Below are positions 17,351 through 25,726 of a stretch of 64,000 nucleotides of DNA, piece by piece. The notes beneath the pieces were generated by a model. That model made no database searches and had not been told where the DNA came from. It worked only from the letters and a program-made list of their open reading frames with translations. The translations under genes were made by a program, and so were the position numbers. Source of the DNA: Meiothermus sp. Lineage in GTDB: Bacteria; Deinococcota; Deinococci; Deinococcales; Thermaceae. How positions within the stretch are numbered: the stretch's first letter is position 1; each line of letters begins with the position of its first letter. Location: the NCBI GenBank assembly GCA_033762915.1, contig JANRLD010000042.1, forward strand, positions 64,001-128,000. The letters run 5' to 3'.

Positions 17351-18495
17351 CCGATCACCTCTTCTTTTGCGCCCTCTCCCTCTTGTAGAGGGCCGGGGTG
17401 AGGGGCGGTTGAGTGTTCCCTGGCCTTGCGCAGCGCGTCCAGGCCCGAGCCAAACGTCACATAGTGGGGCAGCTTGTAGTGAATACAAAAGCCGCTGGAC
17501 TCCACCGGCTCGGTGTGCGAGAGTACGAACTCCTCGGTGTGGGCGGGGTGTGGCTCGGGCAAGTCCATCGCCGCGTCCAGCATCGAGGCTGCGATCAGCT
17601 TGACCTCGTTCCAGCCCAAGGTGGCCGCAAAACCGAGCTCGAGCGCAGGCCTCCCGTCCGTCCCCGTCTTGAACTTGGTGACAACCTCGGCCTGCGAATA
17701 GCGCACCCGCCCGGCGCCGAACAGCGCTCCGGTCACGGGGTGCCTGACCCGCACGTCCGCGTAGGCCAGCCGTACCTCGTTGACGGTCGGGTGGATCCCC
17801 CCGTACCCGCGCATGTTGGCGTACCCGAGCGCAAGGATTCCCCCAGTGTCGGCCCTCGAGAGCGCCTGCAAACGGTGGGCTCGAGGCGCGGGGAACATCA
17901 CGGGCTCCCGAGTCAAGTCCGCAATCTCCGCGCTCGGGGTGGGGTCGTGCTTTAGTGGATGCATAAGCCCCGTCTCGCGGTGCCAGTCGGCGACATAAGG
18001 GACGTTCCGGGGGATGGGTTTTGACCCTTCGCTGACCGCTGACTTCCGGCCTTGGGCCTCTACGCCTTCACTCTCCCCAGTGTTTTTTCCGCTTTCCTCT
18101 ATGGTTTCCAAGTGCAAGACGCGGTGGCTGTAGTCCAACGTCGGCCCCAAGATCTGCCCGCCTGGGATGTCCTTGAAGGCGGCGGAGATGCGGCGGACGG
18201 TGAGCATGGAGCCGGAGTCAATCGGCTCGGCGTAGGCCACTCGAGGCTGGGTGGAGCGGTAGGCGCGGAGGAGCAGCACGGCCTCATAGAGGTCGCCCCC
18301 GGTCTGGGCGATGGCCAGTGCGGCGAGTTCGGTCGAGTACAGCGAACTCTCGCCCATGACCCGGTCGAGCAGATACGGGAGCTGGTTCTCGACCGACCGG
18401 ACGAAGCTCGAGTCGTACTGACCGTTGAGCAGGCGGTACAGTGCCTCGGCGTTTTGGATGGCTTGCTCACCGCCTCTGGCCGCGACGTAGGCCAT
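17347..18495 (-). CDS. phnI: C-P lyase complex subunit PhnI
   Basis: YVAARGGEQAI, RRISAAFKDIPGGQILGPTLDY, RGYG..HP, HYKLPHYVTF. Confidence 0.93.
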   Translation of the reverse strand: MAYVAARGGEQAIQNAEALYRLLNGQYDSSFVRSVENQLPYLLDRVMGESSLYSTELAALAIAQTGGDLYEAVLLLRAYRSTQPRVAYAEPIDSGSMLTVRRISAAFKDIPGGQILGPTLDYSHRVLHLETIEESGKNTGESEGVEAQGRKSAVSEGSKPIPRNVPYVADWHRETGLMHPLKHDPTPSAEIADLTREPVMFPAPRAHRLQALSRADTGGILALGYANMRGYGGIHPTVNEVRLAYADVRVRHPVTGALFGAGRVRYSQAEVVTKFKTGTDGRPALELGFAATLGWNEVKLIAASMLDAAMDLPEPHPAHTEEFVLSHTEPVESSGFCIHYKLPHYVTFGSGLDALRKAREHSTAPHPGPLQEGEGAKEEVIG

Positions 18496-18496
18496 A

Positions 18497-19054
18497 CTAG
18501 TTCACCTCCACTTCGGTCACTTCGGTGCTGCGTGGAAGGCCGAAGCACTTTCCCTCGCCTGAGATCAGAATCACGTCCCAGCCGAGCGGGAAGGAAACCC
18601 GCTCTTCCCGCAGCGACCAGAAGCGTCTGGGCAAGTCAACCCGAATCTCGCTGGCCTCTTTTATGCCGGGGCCGCGCAGGCGGAGCTTGGGGCCTTTCCC
18701 CAGTTCGGCGGCCACGACAACGGTCGCGGCGTGGTCGGGGTAGAGCAGCGTGCCGGCGGCAGCTCGAGAGATGGCCTCGAGCGCCCCCTCATCCATCTCC
18801 GCGAAGAACTGATACGCGGCTCTGTCGGGCGTTTCCGCCCGTGCACCTAGCCGTTCAAAGGTCTGGCGCAGTGCAGGGTCGGTTGTGTAAAAGCTGGTTT
18901 CTAGGTCCAGCAAGACTCTGCCCACCGCTTCCAGGCCGTGCACACCTCCTGCCTCGAGCTGCTGCACCTCTCCAGGCCGACTCAGCGCCCGCATCAGGGC
19001 TGTGAACACGGCATGGTCTTGGGCTTCTTGGGGGGATAGGATAGGGGTACTCAT
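18497..19054 (-). CDS. phnH: C-P lyase subunit PhnH
   Basis: FTALMRALSRPG, LLDLET, GTLLYPD..AT, LRGPGI, FPLGWD, GLPRST. Confidence 0.9.
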   Translation of the reverse strand: MSTPILSPQEAQDHAVFTALMRALSRPGEVQQLEAGGVHGLEAVGRVLLDLETSFYTTDPALRQTFERLGARAETPDRAAYQFFAEMDEGALEAISRAAAGTLLYPDHAATVVVAAELGKGPKLRLRGPGIKEASEIRVDLPRRFWSLREERVSFPLGWDVILISGEGKCFGLPRSTEVTEVEVN

Positions 19055-19088
19055 GGTTTTGGTTATTGGCTATGGGCTGTCGGCAACT

Positions 19089-19538
19089 TCAGAAGGTTTC
19101 CATCTCGACTCGGGTGCCCTCAACCAGCTTTCGTAACTCCAGGTCGGCGGCCTCGAGCTTCTCTTCCTGCTGGCGGACGAAGCTCAGAATGAGGTCGGCC
19201 TCGAGGTCTCCCTGCAAAGCCGCGTCGAGGATCGCCACGGCCAGAGACTGCTCGAGGTCGCGTCCCAGGCAGATTGCGTAGCCTTCCGCGCTGCCCAGCC
19301 GCACCCTCGACTCGCAAACCAGCACCTCTCCGAGGTGAAACCGGGCGCCCTGTGCGGTGTCGGTCCCGGGCAACATCACCAGGCCTGTGCGGTTCTCGAG
19401 GACGCTCAGGCCATGTGCCTCTAGGGTTGGCAGCAGCCCTTCGGCAAACGCCTTGACTTCTTTCGCGTCGGCTCGAGCCAGCACGCTCAGCCATCGTTCC
19501 TGGCTCTCAACCCCCGACCCCGCGACCCCGACCTTCAT
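19089..19538 (-). CDS. phnG: C-P lyase subunit PhnG
   Basis: GLVML, FHLGEVLV, AILDAAL, TRVEMETF; coupled to the phnE stop (TGATG). Confidence 0.88.
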   Translation of the reverse strand: MKVGVAGSGVESQERWLSVLARADAKEVKAFAEGLLPTLEAHGLSVLENRTGLVMLPGTDTAQGARFHLGEVLVCESRVRLGSAEGYAICLGRDLEQSLAVAILDAALQGDLEADLILSFVRQQEEKLEAADLELRKLVEGTRVEMETF

Positions 19539-20362
19539 CACGTCAACCTCTCTCGAATCTTCGCGCTCAGATAGTCCACGATGAACACCGAAACCAGAAT
19601 GACCAGGATGATGGTGCAGGCCGACTTGAAGTCGAAGCCCCGGATGGACTCAGTGACGTAGAGGCCGATGCCGCCCGCGCCGACCAGACCCAGTACGGTG
19701 GCAGCCCGCACGTTGGACTCGAAGCGGTAGAGGGTCATCGAGACCACGGTTGGGATCACCTGCGGCCAGATGCCGTGGGTGAAGACCTGGAAGCTGTTGG
19801 CGCCCGAGGCCCGCACCGCCTCGATCTGGCCGGTGTCCACGATCTCGATGGCCTCGGAGAAGAGCTTGGCCAGGATGCCCGCGGTGTGAATGGCCAGGGC
19901 CAAGATGCCCGGAAAAGGCCCCAGCCCCACCGCCGCCACAAAGATCAGGGCCAGCACGAACTCGTTTAGCCCCCGGAAGAAGTCCAGCAGCCTGCGGGTG
20001 AGCTGGTAGATGATGGGGTGGGGCGAGGTATTGGCCGCGCCCAGGATCGAAAGCGGTAGGGCCAGGATGAAGGCCAGCGCGGTTCCCCAGACCGCCATCT
20101 TGATGGTGATGATCATCTCGTTGAGGTACTCGGGGAAGCGGTCAAAGTTGGGCGGGAAAAACCCCGAGTTGGGGCGCTCGGGAGTGCCCACAATGAACGT
20201 CCAACTGCGCTCGAGGCCGCTCACCAGCTTCTGCACGCTGATCTCGGTGCCGAAGCTGGCCCACACCAGCAGGGCCAGAATGCCCACCCACAGCATCCGG
20301 CCCCAGAAGATGCGGGCCTTTACCGGGGCGGGTGGCTCGATGTTTACCTTGGGCAAAGTCAT
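19538..20362 (-). CDS. phnE: Phosphonate ABC transporter permease (copy 2)
   Basis: VGLGPFPG, KLFSEAIE, YRFESNVRAATVLGLVGAGGIG. Confidence 0.92.
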   Translation of the reverse strand: MTLPKVNIEPPAPVKARIFWGRMLWVGILALLVWASFGTEISVQKLVSGLERSWTFIVGTPERPNSGFFPPNFDRFPEYLNEMIITIKMAVWGTALAFILALPLSILGAANTSPHPIIYQLTRRLLDFFRGLNEFVLALIFVAAVGLGPFPGILALAIHTAGILAKLFSEAIEIVDTGQIEAVRASGANSFQVFTHGIWPQVIPTVVSMTLYRFESNVRAATVLGLVGAGGIGLYVTESIRGFDFKSACTIILVILVSVFIVDYLSAKIRERLT

Positions 20363-20414
20363 AGTTTAAAGGGGTGGAGCCTCGAGGTCGTGCTCGAGGC
20401 TCCCAGCGGTTCAT

Positions 20415-21287
20415 TTAGCGGGGGCAGGTGTTCTGGCGGTAGCGGTTGACCTGGCGGAACTGAGCGTAGTCGGCGGGGGAGGCGGCGACCCAGCGCTTGA
20501 GGCCGGTGGCCTCTAGGAAATCCTTGTTGTCGAAGGCCAGCAGCGCCTTCTGCACCTCGGATTTAAGGGTAGCGGGCAGGTCTTTGCGGATGGCGATGGG
20601 CGAGGCTGGAATCAGGTCGGACCTGTAGAGCACGTTGAACTCTTGATCCAGGCCTCTGATGGCCCCCTTCTCGGTGGCCGAGATGATCCCAAGGTCGAAG
20701 GTGGCCCCCACCTCAATGGTTCCGTTGGCAACGCCCAGGATCACGTTCTCGTGGGTTCCGGCAAAGAAGGTGCGGCTGAAGTAGGTGGTAGGCTCGACAT
20801 TAAGTTTGGTGCAGAAGGAGAACATCGGCACCCGGAAGCCGCTGGTGGAGCCGGGGTCAACGAAGGCGAAGGGCTTGCCGCGCGCGTCGGCCAGGGTGCG
20901 GATAGGGCCGCCCTTCTTGGAGATGATCAGGCTGTAGTAGCCGACACCGCCGGTCACCGAGTCTTCTTTGACGATGGCCTCGGCTCCGGCCTGGTCCTCG
21001 GCGTCTAGGTAGGAGCCGGGGCCGTAGTAGCCGATGTCCACCTGCTTGTTCTGCATGGCGATGGTGACGGCAGCGTAGTCCGCCCCGTTGCGGAAATTGA
21101 CTTTAATGCCCAGGCGGCGCTCGAGGTGCTCGATCACTGGCTTAAAGCGGTTGGTGGCGTCGCGGTTGGTCTCGGTAGGCACGGTGGCGAAGGTGATCTC
21201 GCGGGGCCAGCCGGTCTTGTCTACGGCCTGCGCCAACGCTGCACTGCCCAGCACGCCTACGATTAAACCCAGAATGTGGTGTTTCAT
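20415..21287 (-). CDS. phnD: Phosphonate ABC transporter substrate-binding protein (copy 2)
   Basis: Signal peptide; AFVDPGSTSGF, FAGTHE; AGGAGG RBS. Confidence 0.9.
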   Translation of the reverse strand: MKHHILGLIVGVLGSAALAQAVDKTGWPREITFATVPTETNRDATNRFKPVIEHLERRLGIKVNFRNGADYAAVTIAMQNKQVDIGYYGPGSYLDAEDQAGAEAIVKEDSVTGGVGYYSLIISKKGGPIRTLADARGKPFAFVDPGSTSGFRVPMFSFCTKLNVEPTTYFSRTFFAGTHENVILGVANGTIEVGATFDLGIISATEKGAIRGLDQEFNVLYRSDLIPASPIAIRKDLPATLKSEVQKALLAFDNKDFLEATGLKRWVAASPADYAQFRQVNRYRQNTCPR

Positions 21288-21310
21288 GGTAGTTCCTCCT
21301 TGGCAACGAG

Positions 21311-21341
21311 AGGCTATGGGGGTGTTGTCAGGTCTTGATGA
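21311..21341 (-). promoter_or_regulatory. Putative internal Pho-box-like promoter upstream of phnD copy 2
   Basis: Minus strand TGACA-N9-TAGCCT; distal half-site degenerate (TCATC). Confidence 0.5.
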
Positions 21342-21350
21342 GGTCAGGGC

Positions 21351-22151
21351 TTACGCAGGGCTGAGCCGGGGCACGTGAGCCTCGGGGACAGGGCCCTCGA
21401 GCTGCTCATCGTAGTAGAGCGACCTCGAGACCTCCTCGCTCAGGCCCGCTGCCGTGCCGTCGAAGACAAGGCGCCCCTTCTTGAGTGCAACTACCCTGTC
21501 GGCGTACCCGCGTACGGTGTCGAGGTGGTGCAAGTTGCAGATCACCGCGATACCGTCCTGAGCGTTGATGGACCGCAAAATCTCCATCACCTGCTCTGAA
21601 CTCTTGGGGTCAAGCGCGGAGATCGGCTCGTCGGCCAGAATCAACTTGGGCAGCTGCGCGAGTGCCCTCGCGATCCCTACACGCTGCTGCTGCCCGCCCG
21701 AGAGGGTGTCGGCCCGTTGCCAGGCGTAGTCCGCCATGCCGACCCGCTCTAAGAGCCCCATGGCCAGTTCGCGGTCGGGCTTGGAGTAAAACTTGAGTGT
21801 GGAGGTCAGCGGGCCGAGGGTGCCCAGTCGCCCGATCAGGACGTTCTCGAGGGCGGTCAACCGCCGCACCAGGTTGAACTGCTGGAATACCATCCCGATC
21901 TGCCGTCGGGCCTGTCGTACCGTGGCCTCGGGGGCGCGGCTGATCTCGGTCTGCCCGATAAACACCTTCCCCTCGGTGGGCCGCACCAGCCCGTTGATGA
22001 CCCGCATCAAAGTAGACTTGCCCGCCCCGGAGGGGCCGATCATGGCGGTAAATTTGTCGGTGCTGAGATTCAGGTCGATGTTGGAGAGCGCAACCGTCCC
22101 GTTGGGGAAGCGCTGGGTAATGCCCTCGAGGCGAACAAAGGCGTGGCTCAT
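21351..22151 (-). CDS. phnC: Phosphonate ABC transporter ATP-binding protein (copy 2), probably leaderless
   Basis: GPSGAGKST, LSGGQQQRV, ILADEP; ATG is 6 nt after TAGCCT. Confidence 0.92.
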   Translation of the reverse strand: MSHAFVRLEGITQRFPNGTVALSNIDLNLSTDKFTAMIGPSGAGKSTLMRVINGLVRPTEGKVFIGQTEISRAPEATVRQARRQIGMVFQQFNLVRRLTALENVLIGRLGTLGPLTSTLKFYSKPDRELAMGLLERVGMADYAWQRADTLSGGQQQRVGIARALAQLPKLILADEPISALDPKSSEQVMEILRSINAQDGIAVICNLHHLDTVRGYADRVVALKKGRLVFDGTAAGLSEEVSRSLYYDEQLEGPVPEAHVPRLSPA

Positions 22152-22157
22152 CGACAA

Positions 22158-22188
22158 AGGCTATGGAGGTGCTGTCAATGGTTTGTCA
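22158..22188 (-). promoter_or_regulatory. Pho-box-like direct repeat plus -10 element of the C-P lyase operon
   Basis: Minus strand TGACA-N6-TGACA-N9-TAGCCT-N6-ATG. Confidence 0.72.
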
Positions 22189-22210
22189 CGCTAGAGTTGA
22201 CAAACATGGA

Positions 22211-22241
22211 TTACTGCCCGTTGACAAACCGCCATTAGATT
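22211..22241 (+). promoter_or_regulatory. Pho-box-like repeat plus -10 element of the divergent TIM-barrel gene
   Basis: TTACT-N6-TGACA-N9-TAGATT, with another TTGACA at 22197. Confidence 0.6.
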
Positions 22242-22250
22242 TTTCGCACC

Positions 22251-23108
22251 ATGACCAAAACCTTTCCCCAGTCCAGTGCCGCCAGCGCTACCGGGAGTTT
22301 GCCCGTTCTGGGCGCAGCCATGCCCATCGAACTGCTGCCCACCTACCGCGACTGGCTGATGGAGCACGGCGGGCGTGACCTCGAGATCCAGGACGGCTTC
22401 ATGGCCGCAGTACTTGACAGCGACTGGAAGCCGCTGGTCGCCAGGGCCAAGGAAACCCTGGACGGCTACACCGGTCGCATGGGCATCCACGGCCCTTTCG
22501 ACGGACTATGGATGGCCTCCTCCGACCCCTTCGTGCGGAAGATGATTGCCCAGCGGTACATGCGGGCACTCGAGTTCGCCGCCGACCTGGGGGCCACCCA
22601 CATGGTCATCCACAGCCCATTCCTCTTCTTTGGTCACCCGCAAGTAGCCCATGCCCCGTCCAACGGTTTGCAGCAGCAAATCGAGTATGTTCACGACACC
22701 CTCGAGACCGTCCTCCCCATCGCCCGCAACCTCGGCCTGACCTTGGTGATCGAGAACATCCGCGACACCAACCCCGCGCCCCTGCGTACACTGGTGCAGT
22801 CCTTCAACTCCGAACTCGTCCGCATGAGCCTTGACGTAGGCCACGCCTACCTGATGCAGCAGATTGGCGGCCCCAGTGCCGACCAGTGGGTACTCGAGGT
22901 CGGGAGTCTGCTTGCCCACGTCCACCTCCAGGATAACGACGGGTTCCTCGACCGCCACTGGAACCCGGGGCACGGCGGCATCAATTGGCGCGCCCTGTTC
23001 CATGCCCTGGCCAGAATTGAAGCCAGGCCCCGCATGATCCTCGAGGTACGCGGCCACGAGCTGGCCCGCGCAGCGAATTGGTTGGTGGGGCAGGGGCTGG
23101 CGGTCTGA
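22251..23108 (+). CDS. Xylose isomerase-like/AP endonuclease 2 TIM-barrel metalloprotein
   Basis: IHGPF, VIHSP, VIEN, LDVGHA, HVHLQDNDG..DRH..PG.G.INW, ILE. Confidence 0.85.
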   Translation: MTKTFPQSSAASATGSLPVLGAAMPIELLPTYRDWLMEHGGRDLEIQDGFMAAVLDSDWKPLVARAKETLDGYTGRMGIHGPFDGLWMASSDPFVRKMIAQRYMRALEFAADLGATHMVIHSPFLFFGHPQVAHAPSNGLQQQIEYVHDTLETVLPIARNLGLTLVIENIRDTNPAPLRTLVQSFNSELVRMSLDVGHAYLMQQIGGPSADQWVLEVGSLLAHVHLQDNDGFLDRHWNPGHGGINWRALFHALARIEARPRMILEVRGHELARAANWLVGQGLAV

Positions 23109-23287
23109 ACGCGTTTCCTACCATAACGGGGCTCCGCGAGCGCCGTTATGTCCCGGTGTGGCGGTGTTTTGCCGTACCGAGTGCACTACTCCGCTTTAGC
23201 GCCGCACTGTGGGCGGAGTATGGGTGGGAAACGCGATAGGGAATATAGTACCTGCCGCCGCGAGGGAGGTAAGGGTGGGAAACGCGA
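23109..23287 (+). mobile_element. Composite MITE-like repeat (type B joined at TA to the right half of type A)
   Basis: Two GTGGGAAACGCGAT ends; B body followed by TAGGGAATATAGTACCTGCCGCCGCGAGGGAGG. Confidence 0.7.
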
Positions 23288-23804
23288 TGAGGCCGCTACA
23301 CCGCGACCAATCTCAGCTTGGTAGGAGGAACCCGCATCTGTCTGATCCAAACTGCTGCGACAGGTAGAGGTCGGCTTGAGCGGCGCTTCGGGGCCTGAGG
23401 GCGGGTGACAATCCGCGACGGGAAATGTTTGAGGCCGACTCCAAAGCCCATTCAGAGGATGGATCTGCAACCTTTGACTACTAACTTTTCGGCCAAAGTC
23501 TTGGGTTTGCCTTTCCACAAACTACTGCCTTGTTCATCTACCCTCCCTGGCCCGATCACAGATTGCCTCTGGCCGATTCACCCGCACCGAAGCCAGACGG
23601 CCTCTCGAGCTGACCTTAGGACTCCCCGGTCCCCGGAGCGTCTCCCCTCCCGCACATCAGGGCTTGGTTCTCGCCGAGCCGAAACATGGCATCGGCGGCC
23701 TACTCAACGGCGGGCACGGCGATGGGGAGCCCTAATCTGAGCAGCCTGTTCAAAAGCGGACCTCCTCTAAACGGGTCGCGGCAGGATAGGGTTGAAGTGA
23801 TAAA

Positions 23805-23826
23805 GTGTTATGGTAAAACATAACAC
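23805..23826. promoter_or_regulatory. Palindromic operator, probably for the adjacent GntR regulator
   Basis: GTGTTATG-N6-CATAACAC perfect inverted repeat in an AT-rich intergenic region. Confidence 0.6.
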
Positions 23827-23955
23827 CACGCCTCTCCAGAAAAAAGCCTATCTATGGAATCCGCAAAAAAAGCACTCGAGTAAAAGGCTTTAGGTCGGAA
23901 AAAGCCCGCTAGTATGATTTTTCAAAGTATCGCCCTTACCCTTTTATGCCTTGGT

Positions 23956-23997
23956 TTGACCTACGAAACACCCAAGTGTTATGCTCATTAAGAACAC
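23956..23997 (+). promoter_or_regulatory. gntR promoter overlapped by a second operator copy
   Basis: TTGACC-N18-TATGCT; GTGTTATG-N6-AAGAACAC at 23976-23997. Confidence 0.55.
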
Positions 23998-24018
23998 CCG
24001 CGAAACTCGAGGCCCGCC

Positions 24019-25005
24019 GTGAAGATTTGCATCGACCGCGACTTCCCGGTATCCCTGGGCCAACAGCTGCGCGGCCAGATCGAGTACGGTGTGGCCTGCG
24101 GCGAACTCCCGCCCGGCAGCCAGATACCCTCGGTGCGTGAGCTAGCTGCGGAACTGGGCATTGCCATGGTGACGGTCTCGCAGGTCTACAAGGAGCTTCA
24201 GGAGAGCAGGCTCCTGGAGAGCCGGCCAGGCCGGGGAACCTTCGTGGCCGAGGCTGGGCCGGGTAGCCAGCAGGCCCAGGGGAGGGTACTCGAGCTACAG
24301 CGCCAGATAGACGGGCTGATCGCGCTGGCCGAGCGGCTGGGGGTCTCGCGGGGTGAGCTGTCCTCGATGGTGGCGGCGCGGCTCGGTCGCCACCGAGCGG
24401 CGGAGCCCCTGAACCTAACCTTCGTGGGCGTCTTCCTCGAGGCTACCAGGGCCTACGCCGCCGACCTGCGCCCGATGCTCCCCGCCACCGACCGCCTGGA
24501 GGCGACCGTGTTGGAGCAGCTCGAGGCCGACCTCAAGCGGCTGCGGGCGGTGCGGCGGGCCGACCTGGTGATCGCCCCGGCCAACCGCAAGGCCCAGGTG
24601 CAGGCCCTGCTTGGGGCGAAGGTGCCGGTGGTGGGGCTGGGCTTCATCCCCAGCGAGCGTACCCGCACCGCGCTGGCCGAACTCGGGCCGCGCACCCGGC
24701 TGGGCCTTCTTACCACCTTCCCCGAGTTCCTGCCCACCATGCGGGCTGGGGTGGAGCGCTTCACCTCGCACCTCGAGACACCCCGGACGGCGGTGCTGGC
24801 CGACGCAGACTCGGTGGGGCGGCTGGTGGCTGTTTGCGACGTGATCGTGTACGCCACGGGGTCGGAGCGTATCCTCGAGGGCCTGCCCGACCACGTGCGG
24901 GCCTTCGAGTACCGCCACACCCCCGACCCGCGCTCGGTCGATCGCGACCTGCTGCCGGTGCTGGGGCGCATCCGCGAGGATCGGGCCACACAGCCCCAGA
25001 GCTGA
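24019..25005 (+). CDS. GntR-family transcriptional regulator with large C-terminal domain
   Basis: IPSVRELAAELGIAMVTVSQVYKEL...RPGRGTFV winged HTH. Confidence 0.85.
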   Translation: MKICIDRDFPVSLGQQLRGQIEYGVACGELPPGSQIPSVRELAAELGIAMVTVSQVYKELQESRLLESRPGRGTFVAEAGPGSQQAQGRVLELQRQIDGLIALAERLGVSRGELSSMVAARLGRHRAAEPLNLTFVGVFLEATRAYAADLRPMLPATDRLEATVLEQLEADLKRLRAVRRADLVIAPANRKAQVQALLGAKVPVVGLGFIPSERTRTALAELGPRTRLGLLTTFPEFLPTMRAGVERFTSHLETPRTAVLADADSVGRLVAVCDVIVYATGSERILEGLPDHVRAFEYRHTPDPRSVDRDLLPVLGRIREDRATQPQS

Positions 25006-25024
25006 CAGAGTCAACGGAGGACAC

Positions 25025-25723
25025 GTGAAAATTTCTGAGATGAGCTGGATGGCAGTGGAGGAGTACCTGGGGCGCGACGACCGCTGCGTGCTGCCGCTGG
25101 GCAGCACCGAGCAGCACGCCCACCTCAGCCTGAGCGTGGACAGCATCCTGGCCGAGCGGGTGGGCCTCGAGGCCGCTGAGCCCTTGGGCCTGCCGGTCTT
25201 CCCGGCGCAGCCCTACGGCATCACCCCCTACTTCCGGGCCTATCCGGGGAGCCTCACGCTGCGTGTCCAGACCTACCTGAGCGTGGTGCGTGACCTGCTG
25301 GACGGCCTGCACGAGCAGGGCTTTCGGCGCATCCTGATCGTCAACGGGCACGGCGGCAACAGCCCTGCGCAAGGCCTTGCGGGCGAGTGGATGGCCGACC
25401 ACCCCGACGCCCAGGTAATTTTCCACAACTGGTGGAACGCCCCCAAGACCTGGGCCAAAGTGCAGGAGATCGACCCGGTGGCCTCGCACGCGAGCTGGAT
25501 GGAGAACTTCCCCTGGACGCGCCTGAGCGGCACCCCGCCCGCCCACCAGAAGCCGATGGCCGACCTCGCCCGGCTGCGCCTGCTGCCACCCGCCAAGCTG
25601 CGCGAGTACCTGGGCGATGGCAACTACGGCGGCCTCTACCAGCGCCCGGATGCCGAAATGCTGGCCATCTGGGCAGTGGCGGTGGCAGAGACTCGAGAGC
25701 TGCTTGAGCAAGGGTGGGCCTGA
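25025..25723 (+). CDS. Creatininase-family amidohydrolase
   Basis: LPLGSTEQHAHL..D, VNGHGGN, HASWME. Confidence 0.9.
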   Translation: MKISEMSWMAVEEYLGRDDRCVLPLGSTEQHAHLSLSVDSILAERVGLEAAEPLGLPVFPAQPYGITPYFRAYPGSLTLRVQTYLSVVRDLLDGLHEQGFRRILIVNGHGGNSPAQGLAGEWMADHPDAQVIFHNWWNAPKTWAKVQEIDPVASHASWMENFPWTRLSGTPPAHQKPMADLARLRLLPPAKLREYLGDGNYGGLYQRPDAEMLAIWAVAVAETRELLEQGWA

Positions 25724-25726
25724 GCC

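Noticed and set aside
17351..17488. Upstream extension of the phnJ ORF, which contains one Cys
   Set aside because: Lies inside phnI; the GTG at 17350 has an AGGTG RBS and overlaps the phnI stop, so it does not restore the missing motif
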